Notes: a model not told the origin generated them from the sequence alone. Positions 28,071-51,597 are shown, numbered from the stretch's first letter. The stretch is DNA of 64,000 nt from Escherichia coli (GCF_003334315.1 NZ_QOWR01000011.1); one strand, 5' to 3'. Numbers and translations are program-made.

Positions 28071-29900
28071 ATGTGTGGAATTGTTGGCGCGATCGCGCAA
28101 CGTGATGTAGCAGAAATCCTTCTTGAAGGTTTACGTCGTCTGGAATACCGCGGATATGACTCTGCCGGTCTGGCCGTTGTTGATGCAGAAGGTCATATGA
28201 CCCGCCTGCGTCGCCTCGGTAAAGTCCAGATGCTGGCACAGGCAGCGGAAGAACATCCTCTGCATGGCGGCACTGGTATTGCTCACACTCGCTGGGCGAC
28301 CCACGGTGAACCTTCAGAAGTGAATGCGCATCCGCATGTTTCTGAACACATTGTGGTGGTGCATAACGGCATCATCGAAAACCATGAACCGCTGCGTGAA
28401 GAGCTAAAAGCGCGTGGCTATACCTTCGTTTCTGAAACCGACACCGAAGTGATTGCCCATCTGGTGAACTGGGAGCTGAAACAAGGCGGGACTCTGCGTG
28501 AGGCCGTTCTGCGTGCTATCCCGCAGCTGCGTGGTGCGTACGGTACAGTGATCATGGACTCCCGTCACCCGGATACCCTGCTGGCGGCACGTTCTGGTAG
28601 TCCGCTGGTGATTGGCCTGGGGATGGGCGAAAACTTTATCGCTTCTGACCAGCTGGCGCTGTTGCCGGTGACCCGTCGCTTTATCTTCCTTGAAGAGGGC
28701 GATATTGCGGAAATCACTCGCCGTTCGGTAAACATCTTCGATAAAACTGGCGCGGAAGTAAAACGTCAGGATATCGAATCCAATCTGCAATATGACGCGG
28801 GCGATAAAGGCATTTACCGTCACTACATGCAGAAAGAGATCTACGAACAGCCGAACGCGATCAAAAACACCCTTACCGGACGCATCAGCCACGGTCAGGT
28901 TGATTTAAGCGAGCTGGGACCGAACGCCGACGAACTGCTGTCGAAGGTTGAGCATATTCAGATCCTCGCCTGTGGTACTTCTTATAACTCCGGTATGGTT
29001 TCCCGCTACTGGTTTGAATCGCTAGCAGGTATTCCGTGCGACGTCGAAATCGCCTCTGAATTCCGCTATCGCAAATCTGCCGTGCGTCGTAACAGCCTGA
29101 TGATCACCTTGTCACAGTCTGGCGAAACCGCGGATACCCTGGCTGGCCTGCGTCTGTCGAAAGAGCTGGGTTACCTTGGTTCACTGGCAATCTGTAACGT
29201 TCCGGGTTCTTCTCTGGTGCGCGAATCCGATCTGGCGCTAATGACCAACGCGGGTACAGAAATCGGCGTGGCATCCACTAAAGCATTCACCACTCAGTTA
29301 ACTGTGCTGTTGATGCTGGTGGCGAAGCTGTCTCGCCTGAAAGGTCTGGATGCCTCCATTGAACATGACATCGTGCATGGTCTGCAGGCGCTGCCGAGCC
29401 GTATTGAGCAGATGCTGTCTCAGGACAAACGCATTGAAGCGCTGGCAGAAGATTTCTCTGACAAACATCACGCGCTGTTCCTGGGCCGTGGCGATCAGTA
29501 CCCAATCGCGCTGGAAGGCGCATTGAAGTTGAAAGAGATCTCTTACATTCACGCTGAAGCCTACGCTGCTGGCGAACTGAAACACGGTCCGCTGGCGCTA
29601 ATTGATGCCGATATGCCGGTTATTGTTGTTGCACCGAACAACGAATTGCTGGAAAAACTGAAATCCAACATTGAAGAAGTTCGCGCGCGTGGCGGTCAGT
29701 TGTATGTCTTCGCCGATCAGGATGCGGGTTTTGTAAGTAGCGATAACATGCACATCATCGAGATGCCGCATGTGGAAGAGGTGATTGCACCGATCTTCTA
29801 CACCGTTCCGCTGCAGCTGCTGGCTTACCATGTCGCGCTGATCAAAGGCACCGACGTTGACCAGCCGCGTAACCTGGCAAAATCGGTTACGGTTGAGTAA
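28071..29900 (+). CDS. glmS: Glutamine--fructose-6-phosphate aminotransferase
   Basis: 609-aa [36 protein letters not shown] (N-terminal nucleophile Cys2). Confidence 0.98.
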   Translation: MCGIVGAIAQRDVAEILLEGLRRLEYRGYDSAGLAVVDAEGHMTRLRRLGKVQMLAQAAEEHPLHGGTGIAHTRWATHGEPSEVNAHPHVSEHIVVVHNGIIENHEPLREELKARGYTFVSETDTEVIAHLVNWELKQGGTLREAVLRAIPQLRGAYGTVIMDSRHPDTLLAARSGSPLVIGLGMGENFIASDQLALLPVTRRFIFLEEGDIAEITRRSVNIFDKTGAEVKRQDIESNLQYDAGDKGIYRHYMQKEIYEQPNAIKNTLTGRISHGQVDLSELGPNADELLSKVEHIQILACGTSYNSGMVSRYWFESLAGIPCDVEIASEFRYRKSAVRRNSLMITLSQSGETADTLAGLRLSKELGYLGSLAICNVPGSSLVRESDLALMTNAGTEIGVASTKAFTTQLTVLLMLVAKLSRLKGLDASIEHDIVHGLQALPSRIEQMLSQDKRIEALAEDFSDKHHALFLGRGDQYPIALEGALKLKEISYIHAEAYAAGELKHGPLALIDADMPVIVVAPNNELLEKLKSNIEEVRARGGQLYVFADQDAGFVSSDNMHIIEMPHVEEVIAPIFYTVPLQLLAYHVALIKGTDVDQPRNLAKSVTVE

Positions 29901-29907
29901 TAAATGG

Positions 29908-29936
29908 ATGCCCTGCGTAAGCGGGGCATTTTTCTT
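29908..29936 (+). terminator. glmS rho-independent terminator; overlaps the canonical Tn7 attachment site (attTn7), unoccupied
   Basis: Hairpin ATGCCC-TGCGTAAGC-GGGCAT plus T-run directly after glmS stop; 313-bp glmS-pstS spacer contains no insertion. Confidence 0.8.
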
Positions 29937-30107
29937 CCTGTTATGTTTTTAATCAAACATCCTGCCAACTCCATGTGACAAACCGTCATCTTCGGCTACT
30001 TTTTCTCTGTCACAGAATGAAAATTTTTCTGTCATCTCTTCGTTATTAATGTTTGTAATTGACTGAATATCAACGCTTATTTAAATCAGACTGAAGACTT
30101 TATCTCT

Positions 30108-30150
30108 CTGTCATAAAACTGTCATATTCCTTACATATAACTGTCACCTG
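30108..30150 (+). promoter_or_regulatory. Tandem Pho boxes (PhoB binding sites) of pstS promoter
   Basis: Direct repeats CTGTCATAAAACTGTCATATTCC and TTACATATAACTGTCACCTG match the Pho-box consensus. Confidence 0.85.
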
Positions 30151-30195
30151 TTTGTCCTATTTTGCTTCTCGTAGCCAACAAACAATGCTTTATGA

Positions 30196-31254
<1,059 letters not shown>

Positions 31255-31270
31255 TAAAACTCCAGGCCGG

Positions 31271-31306
31271 GTACGGTGTTTTACGCCGCATCCGGCATTA
31301 CAAAAT
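31271..31306. repeat. REP (repetitive extragenic palindrome) element
   Basis: Reverse complement reads GCCGGATGCGGCGTAAAACACCGTACCCGGCCTGG, REP consensus-like. Confidence 0.7.
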
Positions 31307-31337
31307 GACTTTGTAAACGCGTTTAACTGAAGAGTAA

Positions 31338-33190
<1,853 letters not shown>

Positions 33191-33209
33191 TATTGCTGAC
33201 ACGGTTTTC

Positions 33210-33250
33210 CCCTCACCCTAACCCTCTCCCCAGAGGGGCGAGGGGACCGA
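33210..33250. repeat. GC-rich imperfect palindromic intergenic element (CCCCTCACCCTAACCCTCTCCCCAGAGGGGCGAGGGGAC)
   Basis: Read directly; resembles a recurrent E. coli intergenic repeat class but I cannot name the family with confidence. Confidence 0.4.
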
Positions 33251-33284
33251 CCGAGCGCCTTTTTGACTCTGTACACGGTTAACA

Positions 33285-33330
33285 CTTTGCCGGATGCGGC
33301 GTGAACGCCTGATCCGGCCTACGGTAAGCC
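33285..33330. repeat. REP element in pstA-pstB spacer
   Basis: GCCGGATGCGGCGTGAACGCCTGATCCGGCCTAC matches REP palindromic-unit consensus. Confidence 0.8.
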
Positions 33331-33333
33331 TGA

Positions 33334-34146
<813 letters not shown>

Positions 34147-34159
34147 TTCAGGAGTGCGT

Positions 34160-34886
34160 TATGGACAGTCTCAATCTTAATAAACATATTTCCGGCCAGT
34201 TCAACGCCGAACTGGAAAGTATCCGCACGCAGGTGATGACCATGGGCGGCATGGTGGAGCAGCAGCTTTCTGATGCAATCACCGCGATGCATAACCAGGA
34301 CAGCGATCTGGCGAAGCGCGTCATCGAAGGCGACAAGAACGTCAACATGATGGAAGTGGCGATCGATGAAGCCTGCGTGCGCATTATCGCCAAACGTCAG
34401 CCGACGGCGAGCGACCTGCGACTGGTTATGGTGATCAGTAAAACCATTGCCGAGCTGGAGCGTATTGGCGACGTGGCGGACAAAATCTGCCGTACTGCGC
34501 TGGAGAAATTCTCCCAGCAGCATCAGCCGTTGCTGGTAAGTCTGGAGTCGCTGGGCCGTCATACCATCCAGATGCTGCACGACGTGCTGGACGCGTTCGC
34601 GCGGATGGACATTGACGAAGCGGTACGTATTTATCGTGAAGATAAAAAAGTCGATCAGGAATACGAAGGTATTGTTCGTCAACTGATGACCTACATGATG
34701 GAAGATTCGCGTACCATTCCGAGCGTACTTACTGCGCTGTTCTGCGCGCGTTCTATCGAACGTATTGGCGACCGCTGCCAGAATATTTGTGAGTTTATCT
34801 TCTACTACGTGAAGGGGCAGGATTTCCGTCACGTCGGTGGCGATGAGCTGGATAAACTGCTGGCGGGGAAAGATAGCGACAAATAA
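34160..34886 (+). CDS. phoU: Phosphate signalling regulator PhoU
   Basis: ORF with native start [22 protein letters not shown], 241 aa. Confidence 0.96.
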
Positions 34887-34894
34887 TTCACCAG

Positions 34895-34927
34895 ACAAAT
34901 CCCAATAACTTAATTATTGGGATTTGT
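34895..34927 (+). terminator. Terminator hairpin after phoU
   Basis: Perfect about 14-bp stem ACAAATCCCAATAA / TTATTGGGATTTGT with 5-nt loop. Confidence 0.7.
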
Positions 34928-35081
34928 TATATATAACTTTATAAATTCCTAAAATTACACAAAGTTAATAACTGCGAGCATGGTCATATTTTTATCAATA
35001 GCGCATTGCTATTTTCTCTGCACGCAATTAAATTAATTTCCGAACCTGGATGTTCGTTATAAAAACCATTAATAAATGACT

Positions 35082-39431
<4,350 letters not shown>

Positions 39432-39435
39432 CCAA

Positions 39436-39481
<46 letters not shown>

Positions 39482-39482
39482 A

Positions 39483-42329
<2,847 letters not shown>

Positions 42330-42334
42330 AATAA

Positions 42335-43066
<732 letters not shown>

Positions 43067-43078
43067 GCTGAAGAAATA

Positions 43079-43763
<685 letters not shown>

Positions 43764-44237
43764 TTAACTTAAAGAGTCTGTTTCAGGACATGAAATATCC
43801 AATCCGGGCAGACGGGTAATGATTCTGCTCATCACCACACCTGCCAGCAATGCAGGAATGATGCGGACAACGAGACTGTCACCAGAAAGAATGTTTTCAA
43901 ACAACTCCGAGGAAGCCATGCCCTTAATATGTACAATAACTGCACAATAGATCTCGGTGATAACGACGCCACCTATGCCACCAGCCAGACAACGATAATT
44001 TTTCTGTGACCCGATCTTTTCCGGCAGACAGGCGACCATCACGCCGGTTAACAATGCAGGAATAGCTCCCGTAGTAATCGACAATAAGAGAAACAATGGA
44101 AGTACCTGTATTATTACCAAAAGAACCAGCGGTTCTTTTGCGAAGAATATGTAGAGGACAAGAAACAGAACACCAATTAACGGTCCTAAAACCGCAAAAT
44201 AAAGTCCGTGATGTATTACCCGACGTGAAACAGACAT
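43764..44237 (-). CDS. cbrB: Inner membrane protein CbrB (YieI)
   Basis: Hydrophobic ORF; start chosen at MSVSRRVIHHGLYFAVLGPL (157 aa), exact start uncertain. Confidence 0.8.
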   Translation of the reverse strand: MSVSRRVIHHGLYFAVLGPLIGVLFLVLYIFFAKEPLVLLVIIQVLPLFLLLSITTGAIPALLTGVMVACLPEKIGSQKNYRCLAGGIGGVVITEIYCAVIVHIKGMASSELFENILSGDSLVVRIIPALLAGVVMSRIITRLPGLDISCPETDSLS

Positions 44238-44303
44238 ATCAAACACCCTTAACTTACCTTTGAGCGCCAATTTAAGCGGGGTAAGTGAAGGGAGTGTGAA
44301 GAA

Positions 44304-44969
44304 CTATGCCGTAATATCCCAACCACGCGCTTTCCACAGTTCCGGTAACTGCGAAAGATGGGTAAAGGTGGTGACTTTCGGGTGAACGATCGGCTTATTG
44401 TGCGGGTCGGCGCAGAAGTAGAACACTTCCATACCTGCGTCGATACCAGATTGCGCACCGGCAACTGAGTCATCAACCAGAATGCAGTTTTCTACATTTA
44501 CATTCATCGCTTTTGCCGCATGGAACATTAACGCCGGGTCTGGCTTCCAGCGCTGAATATCGTAGCCGCTGAACAGTTTATCCGGGAAGTAGTGCAACAT
44601 ATTCAGCTTGCCCATAGAATGCTGCATTTTGTTATTTGGGCCGTTAGATACCACACACATTGGCGCAGTGATCGCTGACAGGAGCGCTCCAGCCCCTTCG
44701 ATGGCTTCCAGTTCTGAATCGAACAGCCGAGCGACTTCTGCACGGTAAACGTGTTCAGCTTCTGTTTTCGCTAACGTAACACCATGTTCAAGGGAAACAA
44801 TATCGATAATTTCGTACAGTTTTACACCTTTGAAACGTTTGAATACCTCTTCAGGATCGAGCGTAATACCAAATTCCTGAAACATCGTTACATATGCGCG
44901 AGAGCAAATGACTTCACTGTCGACCAGCGTACCGTCGCAGTCGAAAAATACCGCTTCTATCCGGGACAT
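44304..44969 (-). CDS. yieH: HAD-superfamily phosphatase YieH (6-phosphogluconate phosphatase)
   Basis: 221-aa ORF with HAD motif I FFDCDGTLVDSE. Confidence 0.9.
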   Translation of the reverse strand: MSRIEAVFFDCDGTLVDSEVICSRAYVTMFQEFGITLDPEEVFKRFKGVKLYEIIDIVSLEHGVTLAKTEAEHVYRAEVARLFDSELEAIEGAGALLSAITAPMCVVSNGPNNKMQHSMGKLNMLHYFPDKLFSGYDIQRWKPDPALMFHAAKAMNVNVENCILVDDSVAGAQSGIDAGMEVFYFCADPHNKPIVHPKVTTFTHLSQLPELWKARGWDITA

Positions 44970-45133
44970 GCCTTTCCTTTTTAATCAGTTTAACGTTTTC
45001 GTAGAGCCGATTTGCGCAACGCAATCGTTGCCGTATAAGTAAATCCAATAAAAAAGTCTCTCACAAACGCGCCTATTGTCGCATTTTGGTATACGATAGC
45101 GACGGATTTTCCCTCCTTGTTCGGAAATAGATA

Positions 45134-46471
45134 ATGAGTCAACAACACACAACCCAGGCTTCTGGCCAGGGGATGCTGGAACGCGTGTTTAAACTGCGCG
45201 AACATGGCACGACGGCACGGACCGAAGTGATCGCTGGTTTTACCACCTTCCTGACGATGGTTTACATCGTTTTTGTTAACCCGCAAATTCTTGGCGTTGC
45301 TGGCATGGATACCAGCGCCGTCTTCGTCACTACCTGTCTGATTGCTGCATTCGGCAGTATTATGATGGGACTGTTTGCTAACCTGCCAGTTGCACTGGCA
45401 CCCGCTATGGGCCTGAATGCGTTCTTCGCTTTTGTCGTTGTGCAGGCGATGGGCTTGCCGTGGCAGGTCGGGATGGGCGCAATCTTCTGGGGCGCGATAG
45501 GTCTGCTGTTACTGACGATTTTCCGCGTTCGCTACTGGATGATTGCCAACATTCCGGTGAGTCTGCGTGTGGGCATCACCAGCGGTATCGGTCTGTTCAT
45601 TGGTATGATGGGACTGAAGAATGCAGGTGTGATTGTCGCTAACCCGGAAACGCTGGTCAGCATCGGTAATCTGACTTCTCACAGCGTGCTGCTGGGGATC
45701 CTCGGCTTCTTCATCATCGCCATTCTGGCCTCGCGCAACATTCACGCGGCGGTGCTGGTTTCCATCGTGGTGACAACGCTGCTGGGCTGGATGCTGGGTG
45801 ATGTCCACTATAATGGCATCGTTTCTGCGCCGCCGAGCGTAATGACTGTCGTGGGTCATGTAGATTTAGCCGGTTCGTTTAACCTCGGCCTGGCAGGGGT
45901 GATTTTCTCTTTCATGCTGGTCAACCTGTTTGACTCCTCCGGTACGCTGATTGGCGTGACCGATAAAGCAGGTCTGGCGGATGAGAAGGGTAAATTCCCG
46001 CGCATGAAGCAGGCGCTATATGTCGACAGTATCTCTTCTGTTACCGGTTCGTTTATCGGTACTTCTTCTGTTACGGCGTATATCGAGTCTTCTTCCGGCG
46101 TTTCTGTTGGTGGTCGTACCGGTCTGACGGCAGTCGTTGTTGGTCTGCTGTTCCTGCTGGTTATCTTTCTGTCGCCGCTGGCGGGGATGGTGCCAGGCTA
46201 CGCTGCAGCTGGTGCGCTGATTTACGTTGGCGTGCTGATGACTTCCAGTCTGGCACGCGTGAACTGGCAGGATCTTACTGAATCTGTTCCGGCGTTTATT
46301 ACCGCCGTGATGATGCCGTTCAGCTTTTCGATTACCGAAGGTATTGCGCTGGGCTTTATCTCCTACTGCGTAATGAAAATCGGTACCGGACGTCTGCGTG
46401 ATCTAAGCCCGTGCGTAATCATCGTTGCGCTGCTGTTTATCCTGAAGATTGTGTTTATCGACGCTCACTAA
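45134..46471 (+). CDS. adeP: Adenine permease AdeP (PurP/YieG), NCS2 family
   Basis: 445-aa polytopic membrane ORF MSQQHTTQASGQGMLERVFKLREHGTTARTEV. Confidence 0.92.
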   Translation: MSQQHTTQASGQGMLERVFKLREHGTTARTEVIAGFTTFLTMVYIVFVNPQILGVAGMDTSAVFVTTCLIAAFGSIMMGLFANLPVALAPAMGLNAFFAFVVVQAMGLPWQVGMGAIFWGAIGLLLLTIFRVRYWMIANIPVSLRVGITSGIGLFIGMMGLKNAGVIVANPETLVSIGNLTSHSVLLGILGFFIIAILASRNIHAAVLVSIVVTTLLGWMLGDVHYNGIVSAPPSVMTVVGHVDLAGSFNLGLAGVIFSFMLVNLFDSSGTLIGVTDKAGLADEKGKFPRMKQALYVDSISSVTGSFIGTSSVTAYIESSSGVSVGGRTGLTAVVVGLLFLLVIFLSPLAGMVPGYAAAGALIYVGVLMTSSLARVNWQDLTESVPAFITAVMMPFSFSITEGIALGFISYCVMKIGTGRLRDLSPCVIIVALLFILKIVFIDAH

Positions 46472-46487
46472 AATCGATAGCGCGTTA

Positions 46488-46520
46488 AAAACCCGCCATG
46501 CATGATTGCTGGCGGGTTAT
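46488..46520. terminator. Bidirectional terminator between convergent adeP and chrR
   Basis: Stem ACCCGCCA / TGGCGGGT then TATTTATTT. Confidence 0.7.
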
Positions 46521-46524
46521 TTAT

Positions 46525-47091
46525 TTAGATCTTAACTCGCTGAATAAACTCACCAAATGCGGTCAATTGCCCGGTCAGGTGGTCCAGCGTACCCTGGTCA
46601 ATCACTTCTCCGGTTTGCGGATCAACTTTGTTCTGAATCACGCCGCCCATAAATTCCGGCTTGTTCATCACCATTGCATCGAGGAAAACCAGAATCTGGC
46701 GCAGGTGATACTGACAGCGCGCGCCGCCAATCACGCCCATTGAGCTGGTCTGAATCAATACCGGTTTACCGGCCAGCGGTTGATCCGGCAGGCGGGAAAG
46801 CCAGTCGATGGCATTTTTCAGCCCACCCGGTACCGAGTAGTTATATTCCGGCGTGACGATCACCACACCGTCAGCCTGACGGATCTGTTCCGCCAGAGCT
46901 TCAACCGTTGCTGGAAAACCGTCTTCCTGCTGTACGTCAGCGTCATACAAGGGAATGTCGGCAATGGAAGGTAACGCATTGACTTCCATGCTCGCCGGAG
47001 CAATTTTCGGCAGGGTACGTGCAACCATGCCATTAAATGAGCCTTTGCGCAGGCTCCCCAGTAACGTAACCACCTGCAATTTTTCAGACAT
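46525..47091 (-). CDS. chrR: NAD(P)H-dependent FMN reductase / chromate reductase ChrR (YieF)
   Basis: 188-aa ORF MSEKLQVVTLLGSLRKGSFN, NADPH-dependent FMN reductase motif. Confidence 0.92.
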   Translation of the reverse strand: MSEKLQVVTLLGSLRKGSFNGMVARTLPKIAPASMEVNALPSIADIPLYDADVQQEDGFPATVEALAEQIRQADGVVIVTPEYNYSVPGGLKNAIDWLSRLPDQPLAGKPVLIQTSSMGVIGGARCQYHLRQILVFLDAMVMNKPEFMGGVIQNKVDPQTGEVIDQGTLDHLTGQLTAFGEFIQRVKI

Positions 47092-47112
47092 GATGACTCC
47101 TGTGGTTGTCTA

Positions 47113-47874
47113 TCAATTTGGCGAAAAAGCCTTCACGGTAGAGAGTTGGGCAAAACGCATCATCCGGCTGGTAGGATTGTTGGCGCGGCTGTGAATATCC
47201 GGCAGGCTTTTCCAGCCGTGTTTGCCATCTAACTCCCAGACACTGAGCTTTTCAATCGTGGGCGTGACCGCCACGGACCACACCAGCACGTCTTCCGCGT
47301 CGCATAACGCTTCTACATGATTTACATGAGCACATTTCAGGCGTCCGGCAATGGGCAGCAGCTGCAGATCGCGCGGATCGTCATTCAAAACATCACCGGT
47401 TAGTTTTAGCACGCTTCGGCGCAGCGTGATGAGCTGCGCCCGCGCTTCGTTAGGATCGTTTTGTTTACTGATCCATAGCGATTCATTGCTGGAAAAGGTG
47501 TGGTTATCGGGCGCGTGTGGGCTATGAAACCCGCGCGTCGCACGCTGTAGTTCCATATCGAGACCACATTCACCTTCGGTTGTTAACGCCACGCCAACCA
47601 TATTCCCGGCATAGGAAATAGAAAACGAAGGCAAATTTTTATCACTGAAAACCGGTTTACCTTTCGGCAGGGTGACGATTTCCGGCAATTCGCCAATGCC
47701 ATACAGCATGAACATCAGTTCTGCGAGTAAACCTCTAGACGCCAGAAAACGGCTTTGACGATGAGGGGGAATGTTTCGGGCTTCTTGATGACACTGGGAG
47801 GGGAGACGAACAGAAATCAGATGTCCTTCCGTTAAAATCCCTCGGGCAAAGTGAGTCGCCATTTTTCGCTCCAT
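47113..47874 (-). CDS. yieE: Putative 4'-phosphopantetheinyl transferase YieE
   Basis: ORF matches YieE by length and context; annotated start may be the downstream Met at 47862 (MATHFARGIL). Confidence 0.82.
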   Translation of the reverse strand: MERKMATHFARGILTEGHLISVRLPSQCHQEARNIPPHRQSRFLASRGLLAELMFMLYGIGELPEIVTLPKGKPVFSDKNLPSFSISYAGNMVGVALTTEGECGLDMELQRATRGFHSPHAPDNHTFSSNESLWISKQNDPNEARAQLITLRRSVLKLTGDVLNDDPRDLQLLPIAGRLKCAHVNHVEALCDAEDVLVWSVAVTPTIEKLSVWELDGKHGWKSLPDIHSRANNPTSRMMRFAQLSTVKAFSPN

Positions 47875-48018
47875 GCTTAATGGTCCATTATGAATACAAG
47901 AGTAATCATTTACTGGAATGATGGACAGACTAAAGCGGCTAAAAGTTCGATTCAGACAAGCTTATTACAACTTTTTTACATTTTATTGTGAAATTGGGTC
48001 GCGTTTCATACGATTCGG

Positions 48019-48978
48019 TTATGCCATCGACGCGTAAAGGTTTTTAATGGTTTCCCGTAACCAGACGATCTTCGGATTATGGCTGTTCCGTTTATGCCAC
48101 AGCAGGGTAAAAGGAACTTCCAGCTTTTTTTGCTGGCTTTCGTCAAACGGGAGAGGAAGAGCAACCAACGGCAGTTGATGGAGTTGATTGTAGTACTGAC
48201 AGTAGCGCGGCGCGGTCGCCAGTAGCAGATTGTCGGGTTGCGCTGCCATAAACAGTGACTGCTCAAATTCCGGCAGGCTCATAGCAATCGTGCGTTCGCG
48301 CCCCAGCTCCTGTAACACATTGTCCAGCGCCCAGGTGTCGCTCTGTTCCCAGCAAATGCTGATATGCGGATAACGTAAAAAGGTGTCCAGATTCCACGTT
48401 TCATGCAGTGCCGGATGATCTTTGCGTAACCAGACGCAGGGTACATCACTAAACAGCACTTCATAATCAATGGCTAACGGTAGCGAGCTTAACAGCTCCC
48501 GCGAGCGAGGATGGCTTTCGCGACCGGAAAAACCAATATCCACTTCACCACGAGTAATGGCATCTAAGGAATCGTAATCCCAGTTACGTAGTTTGATGGT
48601 CGCCTGCGGGTAACGTTGGTAGATCCGTTTCGACAGCGCATTAAGCATGATCATCATCAGCGGCGATTCCGCCGCCAACTCAAACTTCAGGCCGCGCGGT
48701 GTCTGGTGGTGCGGTTTATCCAGCAGCAGATTGCTCATTTGCATCTATTCCGCCAGATTTTGCTCCATGCTGACCATCAGCGGTGTGGGCGACAGACCCA
48801 GCGGTGAGTTCACAAAGAGCGGGTCGTCAAACCACGCTCTTAACTTTGCCAGCGACTTACTCACCGCCGAAGGTGTCACGTTTATCCGCTTCGCCGCTTT
48901 GGTTACGCTGCGCTCCTGCATCAGCAGTTGCAGACAAAGCAGCAGATTGAGATCAAGCGTGGTGATGGATTTCTTCAT
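48019..48978 (-). pseudogene. yidZ: LysR-family regulator YidZ interrupted by an in-frame TAG stop (minus-strand codon at 48745-48747); 77-aa HTH N-terminal fragment and 241-aa C-terminal fragment
   Basis: Track ORFs 48745-48987 and 48019-48744 are in the same minus-strand frame separated only by TAG; fragments plus one codon give 319 aa, the K-12 YidZ length. Confidence 0.7.
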
Positions 48979-50128
48979 GAGCGGCAACGGGGCGTCCAGG
49001 CGCGACGAACATAATCAGCAACAGGCTCACTATGCTACAGGCAATCAGAATCCCGATCAGCATATTCCATGCGCCGATACCAACCACCGCTGCCAGCCAA
49101 ATCCACAGTGACGAACCGCAAACCTGCGCAATACCTAAGGTCGAGCTGGCTACGCCCGCGCGTAATGAAAACGGCCCTAACGCCTGACTCATCGCCACAC
49201 CAAAACCTACCGAGAAACCGGCGCAAATCAGCGTGATACCAAACAGAGAAACCGCATGGGAAGGTGAAACGGCAAGAGTGATCCCCGCCGCCAGGAATAA
49301 CACCTGCGAGGTGATCATCAACGTACGTGGCTTAAAAATTCCCAGCGCAAATGGCGTGGAGAATGAAACGGTCATGCTGACGCCAGCGGTCAGCGCCATA
49401 ATGGTGGCGTATTCACCGCGCTCAAACCCCATGATTTCCATCAGCAATACCGGTGACGTGTTGACGAAAGTGAGGATCACCGAAACGCTGAGGGTGGTGA
49501 TAACAACACGGCTGAGGAAAAAACGGTTAAGCAGCGACTCGCTATTTTCTCGTGGTTTATCCGAAGCTGCGGGGGCCGCTGGGCGCGTTTCTTTTAAAAT
49601 AAACAAAGACAACATCAGTACCGCGATGCCCATCATTGCCATCGCCCAGAACAGACTCTGCCACGGGAATTTAAGCATAATCAGATGTCCGAGCACTGGC
49701 GCTAACACCGGAATGATGCAGGTAATACCGTTGAGTAATGACAGCACTTTAGCCCGACGTCGATCATCCAGCGTGTCGCGCAAAATAGCGAACGCCACTA
49801 CGTAACAACAGCCTGCGCCCAACCCCTGTAGAAATCGGCCTGCAAGAAATAACGTGCTGGTTTCAGCCAGTGAACAGAACACCGAGGCAATAATAAATAG
49901 CGCCGCGCCGGGTATGGCGACCGGCTTTCTCCCTGAACGATCGGCCACTTTACCGGCAAATAACATCGCAGCTGCCATCCCCGCCAGATATACGGAGAAC
50001 GCAATATGCAACTGCGCTTCGCTGGCATTGAGATCGGCGGCGATGCGCGGTAAACCAACGAGGTACATATCAATCCCGGCGGGATAAAGTAAAACCAGGG
50101 CAAAACTACAAATCAAAAAGCGGGACAT
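48953..50128 (-). CDS. mdtL: MFS multidrug efflux transporter MdtL (YidY)
   Basis: 391-aa 12-[46 protein letters not shown]. Confidence 0.93.
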   Translation of the reverse strand: MSRFLICSFALVLLYPAGIDMYLVGLPRIAADLNASEAQLHIAFSVYLAGMAAAMLFAGKVADRSGRKPVAIPGAALFIIASVFCSLAETSTLFLAGRFLQGLGAGCCYVVAFAILRDTLDDRRRAKVLSLLNGITCIIPVLAPVLGHLIMLKFPWQSLFWAMAMMGIAVLMLSLFILKETRPAAPAASDKPRENSESLLNRFFLSRVVITTLSVSVILTFVNTSPVLLMEIMGFERGEYATIMALTAGVSMTVSFSTPFALGIFKPRTLMITSQVLFLAAGITLAVSPSHAVSLFGITLICAGFSVGFGVAMSQALGPFSLRAGVASSTLGIAQVCGSSLWIWLAAVVGIGAWNMLIGILIACSIVSLLLIMFVAPGRPVAAHEEIHHHA

Positions 50129-50259
50129 GGGCTAAAGCGTCCTGATAGTAAGGTGACGCAAAGCATACGTGGTGAAGGAGGATCAGGCGAGTTGCCATTT
50201 GGACATAAGTGATTTCCTGAGAGGCAAGAAGCCAGCGAATGGCTGGCTTCTTGAAGGAT

Positions 50260-51507
50260 TTAGCCAAATTTAGGTAACACGTTAAAGACGTTGCCGAACC
50301 AGCACAAAATCACGGTTATACCAAAGAGAATGACAATCGCCGGAATAAGATTGCCGCCCCAGACCGTGAACATCTGATTGGGAAACTTCTTGCGAGCTTT
50401 GATTGCAAGCACTGCGGGAATAATGACCGCCCAGATGGTGGCGCACAGCCCGGCACCGCCGATCCCGTAAATAAAGCCGTTCGGGAAGATCAGATACAAC
50501 AACGCAGGTGGCAGGAAGGTTAACAGCACGGTTTTGAAACGCCCGCCGTGGGAGTTATCAATCTTAAACAGGTCCGCCAGATAATCGAACAACCCCAGCG
50601 TGACACCAAAGAACGAACTGGCAACAGCTAAGTTAGAGAACACCAGCAGGCAAAACTCGATAATGCCGTGCTGTTTGGTGCCGAGGAACGATTTCACCAG
50701 CGAATCAACGTTGCCGCCTGAGGAGATAATCGCCTTAAAGCTTTCTCGCGGAATATTCCCCATGGTGCAATAGAGCCAGAAGAGATAAATCACCAGCGCC
50801 AGCAGCGAACCAAATACTACGCTTTTGATTAACTTATCTTTGCGTTTTCCATAGCAAATAATCAGGCTGGGAATATTGCCGTGGAAACCAAATGACGCCA
50901 GACACACCGGCAAAGCCATAAAGATATACGGGAAGTAAGACGTTCCCGCAGTGGAGCTGGTGGCGTCGCGCAGAATGGAGTAATCGACCTGGAAGAAAAA
51001 AGAACCAAACACGATCACAAAGGAGATAATCTTCAGCCCGAGGAACAATGAGGTAATACGACTGGCGGCTAACGAACTTAACCACAATACGCTGGCAACG
51101 AAAATGGCTGTGCAGATCCCGACAATACGTGGATTAGCGTGATAACCCAAATTCATTGATATCGTTTCACTAATGATCGCACCATTAGCAGAGATATAGG
51201 CATAAGTGAGGATATAGAGAACGAAGGCAACGGTAATACCGCTGATAATGTTCCAGGTGTTACCGATTAAATCTTTGGTGATGGTGTTAAAACTGGAGCC
51301 GACGGGATAATTTAAATTTGCTTCTAATAACAATAACCCGGAATGAAGCATTGAAAACCAGGCAATGATAAGGATAAAGGCACCCCAGAAAAACCAGGCA
51401 CCGGCAAGATCAACAGGTAAAGCAAACATACCTCCACCAATTACTGTACCTGCTATAACCATAACACCCCAAAATGCAGAGTGCTTTTTTTCAGCTTGAT
51501 CAGTCAT
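50260..51507 (-). CDS. tnaB: Low-affinity tryptophan permease TnaB
   Basis: 415-aa ORF MTDQAEKKHSAFWGVMVIAGTVIGGGMFALP, aromatic amino acid permease family. Confidence 0.96.
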   Translation of the reverse strand: MTDQAEKKHSAFWGVMVIAGTVIGGGMFALPVDLAGAWFFWGAFILIIAWFSMLHSGLLLLEANLNYPVGSSFNTITKDLIGNTWNIISGITVAFVLYILTYAYISANGAIISETISMNLGYHANPRIVGICTAIFVASVLWLSSLAASRITSLFLGLKIISFVIVFGSFFFQVDYSILRDATSSTAGTSYFPYIFMALPVCLASFGFHGNIPSLIICYGKRKDKLIKSVVFGSLLALVIYLFWLYCTMGNIPRESFKAIISSGGNVDSLVKSFLGTKQHGIIEFCLLVFSNLAVASSFFGVTLGLFDYLADLFKIDNSHGGRFKTVLLTFLPPALLYLIFPNGFIYGIGGAGLCATIWAVIIPAVLAIKARKKFPNQMFTVWGGNLIPAIVILFGITVILCWFGNVFNVLPKFG

Positions 51508-51597
51508 GATGCCACCTTTAGAGGAAGGCTATTTTTGTTATTGAGGATGTAGGGTAAGAGAGTGGCTAACATCCTTATAGCCACTCTGTAGTATTAA

